A stretch of 64,000 bases of DNA, from positions 1 to 64,000 of the forward strand of contig JAULAX010000018.1 in assembly GCA_032654565.1 (NCBI GenBank), given 5' to 3'. The notes below the pieces were generated by a model. The model was not told where the DNA came from and did no database searches. It saw only the letters and a list, made by a program, of their open reading frames with translations. Below are positions 57,766 to 64,000 of the stretch, piece after piece (the stretch's first letter is position 1; each line of letters begins with the position of its first letter). Origin of the DNA: Anaeromyxobacteraceae bacterium. Lineage in GTDB: Bacteria; Myxococcota; Myxococcia; Myxococcales; Anaeromyxobacteraceae. The position numbers were made by a program, and so were the translations under genes.

Positions 57766-57788
57766 GTCGTTTCATCGTCGGAGGCCAC

Positions 57789-58319
57789 ATGCGGCTCGCC
57801 GAGATCCTGAGCACCCTGGAGCGGCACGCGCCGCGGCTGGCGCACGCGGCCAAGACCTGGTTCGTCGAGCACGGCGTCCCCATGAACCGCTCCATGGGGC
57901 TGCGCGTCGAGGAGGTCGCGCTCGACTCGAGCCGGGTGGCCCTCCGCCTCCCGCCCCGGCGGCGCAACCAGAACGACGCCGGCACGGTCCACGGCGGGGT
58001 GATCACCGCCTTCGCCGAGACGGTCCACGGGGTGGCCGTGCTCTGGCAGTTCCCGCCGGCCCGCCACCACATGGTGACGCGCCAGCTGCGGGTCGAGTTC
58101 TGCGCCCCGGGCCGCGGAACGCTCCGGGTCGAGTACCGCCTCGACCCCTCGACGCTGCGGGTCATCGAGGGCGACCTGGCGAGGGGAGGGCGCTCCGAGT
58201 TCACGCTGCTGAGCGAGGTGAGGGACGAGAACGGGAGGGTGGTGGCCCGCCTCGAGGCGTCCTACCTCCTCAAGCGCCAATCCGGCCCGGTGGTCGCCCC
58301 CGGCCAGCCCGGCGCATAG
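57789..58319 (+). CDS. Hot-dog fold PaaI/DUF4442-like thioesterase
   Basis: VPMNRSMGL; NQNDAGTVHGG. Confidence 0.85.
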   Translation: MRLAEILSTLERHAPRLAHAAKTWFVEHGVPMNRSMGLRVEEVALDSSRVALRLPPRRRNQNDAGTVHGGVITAFAETVHGVAVLWQFPPARHHMVTRQLRVEFCAPGRGTLRVEYRLDPSTLRVIEGDLARGGRSEFTLLSEVRDENGRVVARLEASYLLKRQSGPVVAPGQPGA

Positions 58320-58331
58320 GCCATCGGCGCC

Positions 58332-58358
58332 TGTCCGCATCCGGACCCGTCATTCGTC
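58332..58358 (+). promoter_or_regulatory. Candidate ECF-sigma autoregulatory promoter
   Basis: TGTCCG-N17-CGTC immediately before the sigma gene start. Confidence 0.4.
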
Positions 58359-58361
58359 TTG

Positions 58362-58898
58362 ATGGGAAGAAGCCGACCGAGAGGACGCTTGGCCGACCCG
58401 CAGCTTGAACAGCTCTTCAGGAAGAACTTCCCCATCATCCGGGCGAAGTGCACCCGCATGCTCGGAGCGGGAGAGGAAGGCGCCGACGTGGCCCAGGAGA
58501 CCTTCGTGCGTTTGTGCGAGAGCGGCGCCGTCCATCTCGAACCGGAGCAGCGGCTGCGGTGGATCTACGCCACCAGCACCCGCATCGCCATCGACCTGCT
58601 GCGCCGGCGCAAGCTGGGGGTGGTGACCCTTGGCTCGGCGCAGGAGCCCGGCCACGAGCCCGGCGAGCCCTCCACCGGCGCTCCTCGCCTCGACGATGCG
58701 CTGGCGGCGCGGCAGGCGCTCGCCACCATCGCCTCCGACGCCCCGCCGCAGGAGCTGCAGGTCGCCATGCTGTGCCGGGTCGATGGGCTGAGCCAGGCCG
58801 AGGCGGCGGGGGTCTGCGCCATCTCCGAGCGGTCGGTGCGGCGCCTGCTGACCCGCTTCGATGGCCGGGTCGCCCGGCTGGATGGGAGGCCCCGGTGA
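58362..58898 (+). CDS. ECF RNA polymerase sigma factor
   Basis: ADVAQETFVRL, WIY...RIAIDLLRR, DGLSQAEAA..ISERSVRR. Confidence 0.9.
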   Translation: MGRSRPRGRLADPQLEQLFRKNFPIIRAKCTRMLGAGEEGADVAQETFVRLCESGAVHLEPEQRLRWIYATSTRIAIDLLRRRKLGVVTLGSAQEPGHEPGEPSTGAPRLDDALAARQALATIASDAPPQELQVAMLCRVDGLSQAEAAGVCAISERSVRRLLTRFDGRVARLDGRPR

Positions 58899-59602
58899 TG
58901 GACCACCCCTCCGTCCTGGCCCTCGACCTGGCCGCGCTGGGCGGACAGGTTCCAGCCGAGGTGGCCCGCCACCTCGAGGCCTGCCAGGCCTGCGCCGCCA
59001 CGGTGGCGGAGCGACGCGCGGCCGGGCCGCTCCCGGGCTGGGTCCATGGCGTCCGCGTGGCCCCGGCCCTGGTCCAGCCACCCAGCCTGGCGGCCCAGCT
59101 CCTGGCCAGGCTGCGCCGGCCGGCCTGGCGGCTCCTGCCGCTCCCGGCGGCCGCCGCGCTGGTGGCCGCGGTCGTCCTGCTGCTGCCGGCGCCGCAGCCC
59201 GAGCCGGGGGGTGGGGCGGTTCGCGAGAAGGCGCTGCCCGCCGTGGCCGTCTACCTGAAGCGGGGCGCCACCGTCGCAGCCTGGGACGGCCGCTCACCGG
59301 TCCAGCCGGGGGACCGGATCCAGCTGGGGATCCGTGGCGCTGGCTTCACCCACCTCTCGGTGGCCTCCCTCCAGGCCGGAGCCGGCCCCGCCCTGCTCTA
59401 CGCGGGGCCGCTCGAGCCACGCGGGGAGACGCTCCTGCCGGTCAGCTTCCGGGTCGACGCCGGCGGCGACCGGGAGGAGCTGAGCATCATCCTGGCGATC
59501 CAGCCGGTCGCACCCGACGCACATGGCCCGCCGTCCGGCGAGGCCGCATCCCGGGGCGCCTGGGCCGCCCGCCTGCTGCTCCCCAAGGAGCCCACTCGAT
59601 GA
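58898..59602 (+). CDS. Putative zinc-finger anti-sigma factor (HxxxCxxC, TM, periplasmic domain)
   Basis: HLEACQAC; TM AAAALVAAVVLLL; PGDRIQL; coupled to the sigma gene by TGATG. Confidence 0.8.
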   Translation: MDHPSVLALDLAALGGQVPAEVARHLEACQACAATVAERRAAGPLPGWVHGVRVAPALVQPPSLAAQLLARLRRPAWRLLPLPAAAALVAAVVLLLPAPQPEPGGGAVREKALPAVAVYLKRGATVAAWDGRSPVQPGDRIQLGIRGAGFTHLSVASLQAGAGPALLYAGPLEPRGETLLPVSFRVDAGGDREELSIILAIQPVAPDAHGPPSGEAASRGAWAARLLLPKEPTR

Positions 59603-61374
59603 CCGCCAGGCTCATCGCCCGCCTGCTCCTCGCCATCGCGGTCCTCCTGCCCGCCGGAGGGACCCTCGCGGCGCCGTCGGGCGACGCTCCGCGGGTCGCC
59701 ATCGTCATCGGGGCCACCGCGCCGGTCCCGGGGCGCGTCGTGCTGCGCCACGCCCATCGCGACGCCGAGGCCGTGCGCGACGCGCTGGTCGCGGTGGGCG
59801 GCTTCGAGGCCGGCCGCGTCCACGTGCTGCGGGATCCCGAGCCGGCCGCGCTCCTGGCCCTGGTGGCCCGCGAGGCCGGCGCGCTGGCGGGCGTGCCGCA
59901 CGGCCTCCTGCTCTTCTACTTCTCCGGCCATGCCGACGGCGGCGCCCTCTACTCGGCCGGGAAGGCGGTGCCCATCGAGGCGCTGCGGGCCGCGCTCGAC
60001 CGGCCCGAGGTGAGCCTGCGGCTGGGCGTGGTCGACGCCTGCCAGGGCGGCGGCTGGACCCGCGCCAAGGGCCTGTCGCCCGAGGCGCCCTTCGAGGTGA
60101 CCGTCCCGTCGCTCCTGGCCAGCGAGGGCTCGGCGCTGATCGCCTCCAGCTCCGGCTCGGGCGCCGCCCACGAGTCGGACGCCCTGGGCGGCTCCTTCTT
60201 CACCCACCACTTCGTCGCCGCGCTGCGGGGCGCCGGGGACGAGCGGCGCCGCGGCGAGGTGACGCTCACCGAGGCCTTCGAGTACGCCCGGCAGCAGACC
60301 GTCCGCGACACGGCGCGGCGCGCCGCGGAGCCGCAGCACCCCAGCTTCGCGATCAACCTGAAGGGACGCCAGGACGTGGTGCTGGCCCACCTGGCGTCCA
60401 GCCCGAGCTCCCTGGCGCTGGACCAGTCCGACGGCCCCATCGAGCTGATCCACATGGGAACGGGGTTGAGGGTCCTGGAGCTTCCCCAGGGGCGCCGGCA
60501 GGTGGTGCTGGCCGTGCCAGCCGGGACCTACCTGGTTCGCAGGGTCGACGTGGCCGGCGTCTCGGCGCGGGAGGTGGTGGTGCCTCCGGCCGGCGTCGCC
60601 ACCGTGAGCGAGCAGGAGCTGGTGCTGGTGGCCACCGACCGGCTGGCGCTGAAGGGTAGGGAGCCGGTGGTCCAGACCGGCCGCTGGCCCGCCAGGGGCG
60701 GGGGCGAGCTCGGCGCCAGCCTGGAGACCTGGCGTGACGCCCGTCTCGACCACCTGGGGGTCGGGACCGGGGACGCCTTGGGCGCCGGGGCGATGGTGCG
60801 CTTCGACGGCCGGTATGGCCTCACCGACCGGCTGGCCTGGAAGTTCGGGACCCTGGCGCTGAGCTACCGGCTGGGCGAGCGCGGTGGCCTGGAGGTTGCG
60901 CCCTATGCCGGCCTCCTCTCCTGGAGGTCCGGGCTGGAGCGGGCGCGGGACACCGGCGCCGCCGGCGAGCCCCTGGATGGCACCCAGGCCCGGCTCGGAG
61001 GCGGGCTGGGGCTGCGCGCGCCGTTCCAGGGTGGCGCCGCGGTGTTCACCCTGGGCGGCGAGGGGCTTCTTTCCGACAGGCTGTCGGGAGGCTGGCAGGC
61101 TCACGTGGCCGCCGGCCTCTCGCTGGCGATCGGTCCCTACCTCACCGTGCACCTGGCGGTGAGCGCCTCCAGGTCCCACCAGGACCGCGGCAGCTGGAAC
61201 TCCACGACCTTGAGCTTCCGCGATCTGACCTTCGGCTCGGTGCAGGAGTTCGGCCTGGAGTCGCTGCCGCTGCTGCGCGTCCACCCCTGGGACGCCTGGG
61301 CCATCGACTTCTTCGCGGCGGGTGGAGACCGGCGGCGAGTCTCCTACCGGCTCGGCGTCTCACGGACCTACTGA
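59599..61374 (+). CDS. Exported caspase-like protease (peptidase C14) with C-terminal putative beta-barrel
   Basis: Signal peptide; LRHAHRDA; FYFSGHAD; VVDACQGG; ESDALGGSFFTH; ends YRLGVSRTY. Confidence 0.88.
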   Translation: MTARLIARLLLAIAVLLPAGGTLAAPSGDAPRVAIVIGATAPVPGRVVLRHAHRDAEAVRDALVAVGGFEAGRVHVLRDPEPAALLALVAREAGALAGVPHGLLLFYFSGHADGGALYSAGKAVPIEALRAALDRPEVSLRLGVVDACQGGGWTRAKGLSPEAPFEVTVPSLLASEGSALIASSSGSGAAHESDALGGSFFTHHFVAALRGAGDERRRGEVTLTEAFEYARQQTVRDTARRAAEPQHPSFAINLKGRQDVVLAHLASSPSSLALDQSDGPIELIHMGTGLRVLELPQGRRQVVLAVPAGTYLVRRVDVAGVSAREVVVPPAGVATVSEQELVLVATDRLALKGREPVVQTGRWPARGGGELGASLETWRDARLDHLGVGTGDALGAGAMVRFDGRYGLTDRLAWKFGTLALSYRLGERGGLEVAPYAGLLSWRSGLERARDTGAAGEPLDGTQARLGGGLGLRAPFQGGAAVFTLGGEGLLSDRLSGGWQAHVAAGLSLAIGPYLTVHLAVSASRSHQDRGSWNSTTLSFRDLTFGSVQEFGLESLPLLRVHPWDAWAIDFFAAGGDRRRVSYRLGVSRTY

Positions 61375-61404
61375 CGCGGGCGAGGGCGCCCGCACGAGGA
61401 GCAA

Positions 61405-61434
61405 CAGACCATGAAGCAGACCATGAAGCAGACC
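61405..61434 (+). repeat. 12-bp tandem repeat (CAGACCATGAAG x2.5) at a translation start
   Basis: Read directly; a degenerate third unit includes ATG 61453. Confidence 0.9.
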
Positions 61435-61770
61435 TGGACTCGCAGCATCACCATGAAGCAGCTTCGGATGGCGGCGCTGGCGCTGGCGGTGGTCGCGCTG
61501 GCGGCGCCGGCGCGGGCGCAGGTGGCGCCGGTCTACATGACGGTGGACGGCGTCCTCATCGAGAACCTCAGCATCAAGGTGACCGGGGTGGTCCAGGGGG
61601 CGGCCGGCCCCACCACCCGCCAGATCCAGTTCACCTATGGGACGGCGGCGGGCCAGCTCGCGGCGTTCGAGACCTGCAGCCGGCTGCTGCTGCTGGCCCT
61701 CAGCAAGCCCGGCCAGTTCCTCGCCGAGGCGACGCTCAACAGGTGCGCCGTGGTCCTCGTGGCGCCGTGA
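61411..61770 (+). CDS. Small exported protein
   Basis: GAGGAG RBS; signal peptide ending ARA-Q; two Cys; alternative starts 61423 and 61453. Confidence 0.75.
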   Translation: MKQTMKQTWTRSITMKQLRMAALALAVVALAAPARAQVAPVYMTVDGVLIENLSIKVTGVVQGAAGPTTRQIQFTYGTAAGQLAAFETCSRLLLLALSKPGQFLAEATLNRCAVVLVAP

Positions 61771-61781
61771 GCGCCAGGCTC

Positions 61782-62267
61782 ATGACCAGGCGCCTCACCC
61801 CGGCGCCCCTCCTCGGCGCCCTGCTCCTGGCCGCCGCCTGCGGTCACGGCACCGCGGCGGTGGACGCGGTGGTGGTCGTGGACGCGGACGGGGACGGCTT
61901 CCCGGCCGGCCTGGACTGCGACGACTCGAACCCCCTGGTGCACAGCCTGTTGACGGTCTACCTGGATGGGGACGGAGACGGCGCCGGCGCCGGGGCGCCG
62001 ATCACCAGCTGTTCCAGCGGGGCCGTGCCGCCCGGCTTCTCGCTCACCGGGGACGACTGCGACGATTCCGACCCGTCCCGGTCTCGATGGGTGGTCCTCT
62101 ACCTCGACCAGGACGGCGACGGTGTCGGGGCGGGGTCGAGGTCGATCAGCTGCCTCGGCGCCGGGCTGCCGACCGGCTGGACCCGGCTCGGGTCGGACTT
62201 CGATGATCTCGACCCGGCGGTCTGGCGCGATCCTGGGCAGGACGAGCTGCTCCGGCTGCTCGACTGA
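61782..62267 (+). CDS. Lipoprotein with myxobacterial DxDGDG...DCDD putative metal-binding repeats
   Basis: AAAC lipobox; DADGDG..DCDD, YLDGDGDG..DCDD, YLDQDGDG..DFDD. Confidence 0.82.
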   Translation: MTRRLTPAPLLGALLLAAACGHGTAAVDAVVVVDADGDGFPAGLDCDDSNPLVHSLLTVYLDGDGDGAGAGAPITSCSSGAVPPGFSLTGDDCDDSDPSRSRWVVLYLDQDGDGVGAGSRSISCLGAGLPTGWTRLGSDFDDLDPAVWRDPGQDELLRLLD

Positions 62268-62330
62268 GCCAGGATCCGGCTTGCGCGGATGCAGTTGCCG
62301 TCGCGACCTGGCGCCCGATAGCCTCCGTCC

Positions 62331-63269
62331 ATGCCCTCCGTCCTGGTCCGCCTCTACGCCGTGTTCGCCGCCACCCCCGCGGGCGGAAACCTCGCCGGGG
62401 TGGTCTACGACGACGCCGGGCTGACGCCGGACCAGATGCAGCAGGTGGCCCGGGACCTGGGCGCGCCCACCACCGGGTTCGTCCGGACCATCGCGGCCGA
62501 TGCGGTGGCCGTCCGCTTCTTCAGCCCGCGCTCGGAGATGGCCATGTGCGGCCACGTCGCCGTCGGGGTCTTCGTCGCACTGGCCGAGGACGGCCGCCTC
62601 GGAGAGGGCGCCGCCATCGCCCGCCGCCTGATCACGGCGGCCGGGGAGCTCGGCATCTCGGTGGAGCGGCGCTCCGGGGCGGTGCAGGTCACCATGCGCC
62701 AGGTGGCGCCGCGGTTCGACCTGGTGGAGGTGGAGGCGGCGGAGCTGGCCGGGCTGCTGGGGCTGGCGACCGAGGATCTGGAGAGCGTCGGCTCGGCCTC
62801 CACTGGGCTCCGCCACCTGCTGGTCGAGGTGCGGGACCTGCAGACGCTCGGCCGGCTGCGCCCGGACGACGCCGGGCTGCGCCTCCTGAGCCGGGAGCGT
62901 GGCCTCGACACCGTCGGCGTCTACGCCTGGCTCGACCCGGCCGGAGGCGTGGCCGACCTGAGGGTGCGGGACCTCTGCCACGGCGTCGGCGATCCGGAGG
63001 AGGCCGCCTCGGGCACGACCAACGGCGCGCTGGCCGCGCTGCTCTGGCGCCGCGGCGCCCTCCGGCCCGTCCAGCCCGGCGGGGTGGTGCGGGTCCGCGC
63101 CGAGCAGGGCGTCGAGATGGGCCGTCCCTGCCTGGTCACCACCGAGCTGGAGATCTCCGGCGGCGCCATCGCGGCGGTGCGGGTGGGCGGCACCGCGACG
63201 CGCCGGATGGCGGGAATCTACCAGCTTGAAGCGGCCATCGCGGCCGCTGGCCCACGGGCCGGCCGGTAG
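62331..63269 (+). CDS. PhzF family epimerase/isomerase
   Basis: GGNLAGVV, RFFSPRSEMAMCGH, EEAASG, EQGVEMGRP. Confidence 0.92.
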   Translation: MPSVLVRLYAVFAATPAGGNLAGVVYDDAGLTPDQMQQVARDLGAPTTGFVRTIAADAVAVRFFSPRSEMAMCGHVAVGVFVALAEDGRLGEGAAIARRLITAAGELGISVERRSGAVQVTMRQVAPRFDLVEVEAAELAGLLGLATEDLESVGSASTGLRHLLVEVRDLQTLGRLRPDDAGLRLLSRERGLDTVGVYAWLDPAGGVADLRVRDLCHGVGDPEEAASGTTNGALAALLWRRGALRPVQPGGVVRVRAEQGVEMGRPCLVTTELEISGGAIAAVRVGGTATRRMAGIYQLEAAIAAAGPRAGR

Positions 63270-63282
63270 GCACCCGGGGGAC

Positions 63283-64000
63283 TCAAGCTGGCCGGGTGAC
63301 CCGGAGCGCCCGCGCCAGCCGGGCCGCGCCCTCCACCAGCCGGGCCTCGCTGGAGTGGCTGAAGTTGAGCCGCAGGGTGTCGCGCCCCTGCCCCTCGGCG
63401 TGGAACTCGCCGCCCGGGACGAAGGCCAGCCCCAGCGCCATGGCCTGCTCCAGCAGCTTCGCCGCGTCGCCCCCGTCGCGCAGCCGGGCCCAGAGGAAGA
63501 GGCCGCCGTGCGGCCGCTCCCAGGCCAGCCGGCCGGCCAGCAGCTCCCGGAGCGCCGTGTCGAGCACGTCGCGACGCGCCCGGTAGGCCGTGCGCAGGCC
63601 GGCGACGTGCTGGTCGAAGGCCGGGTCGCCGAGCAGCCGCAGCATCAGGTGCTGGCCGAAGGTGCTGGTGTGGAGGTCGGCCGGCTGCTTGGCCAGGGTG
63701 AAGCGGCGCAGCAGCGCCACCGGCCCCATCAGGTAGCCGATGCGCAGGCCCGGCACGGCCACCTTGGAGAAGCTCCCCATGTAGAGGCGCCGGTCCGGGT
63801 CGGCCGTCACCGAGATGGGGGGCGGCGCCGGCGCGTCGAACCAGAGCTCCCGGTAGGGGTCGTCCTCCAGCAGCAGCGTGTCCGAGCCCTGCAGCGCCTC
63901 GGCCACTTCCAGGCGCCGGCGCGGCGAGTAGCAGAGGCCGCTCGGGTTCTGGAAGGTGGGCGTCAGGTAGACCAGCTTGGGCCTGCGGCGCAGCGCCTGG
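63283..64000 (-). CDS. Class I PLP-dependent aminotransferase (LysN/YjiR-like), 5' end outside the window
   Basis: YLTPTFQNPSG, EDDPY, GSFSKVAVPGLRIGY, GGLFLW, LRLNFS. Confidence 0.92.
   Translation of the reverse strand, partial: QALRRRPKLVYLTPTFQNPSGLCYSPRRRLEVAEALQGSDTLLLEDDPYRELWFDAPAPPPISVTADPDRRLYMGSFSKVAVPGLRIGYLMGPVALLRRFTLAKQPADLHTSTFGQHLMLRLLGDPAFDQHVAGLRTAYRARRDVLDTALRELLAGRLAWERPHGGLFLWARLRDGGDAAKLLEQAMALGLAFVPGGEFHAEGQGRDTLRLNFSHSSEARLVEGAARLARALRVTRPA

Noticed and set aside
1..64000. CRISPR arrays, tRNA/rRNA genes, IS elements or prophage
   Set aside because: No regularly spaced repeats, cloverleaf or rRNA signatures, transposase or phage structural ORFs were recognisable by eye.

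Overview
Very GC-rich bacterial DNA, densely coding (about 70 CDS). The gene content (ECF sigma/anti-sigma/caspase module, DxDGDG-DCDD lipoprotein, GCS2-type gshA) suggests a myxobacterium such as an Anaeromyxobacter relative; this is inference only. No rRNA, tRNA, CRISPR array or intact mobile element was found. The window is an accessory metabolism, detoxification and transport region. Main points: (1) an ArsR-preceded cluster with a CCxxCC micro-protein, a TAT FeS subunit, NrfD and an ArrA/ArxA-like molybdoenzyme with a non-canonical catalytic pocket; (2) a hidden GrdB/PrdB-like selenoprotein split by an in-frame UGA (UxxC) with a bacterial SECIS-like hairpin; (3) a recurring promoter architecture (paired TTGC boxes 21-22 bp apart, the first 58-60 bp upstream of a -10-like hexamer) in front of about ten unrelated genes, with three paralogous LysR genes in the window; (4) a four-copy candidate MocR operator; (5) an ECF/anti-sigma/secreted caspase-like module; (6) a long structured intergenic hairpin with an anti-SD loop; (7) several duplicated gene relics. 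All family assignments are from motif recognition by eye, not database searches.
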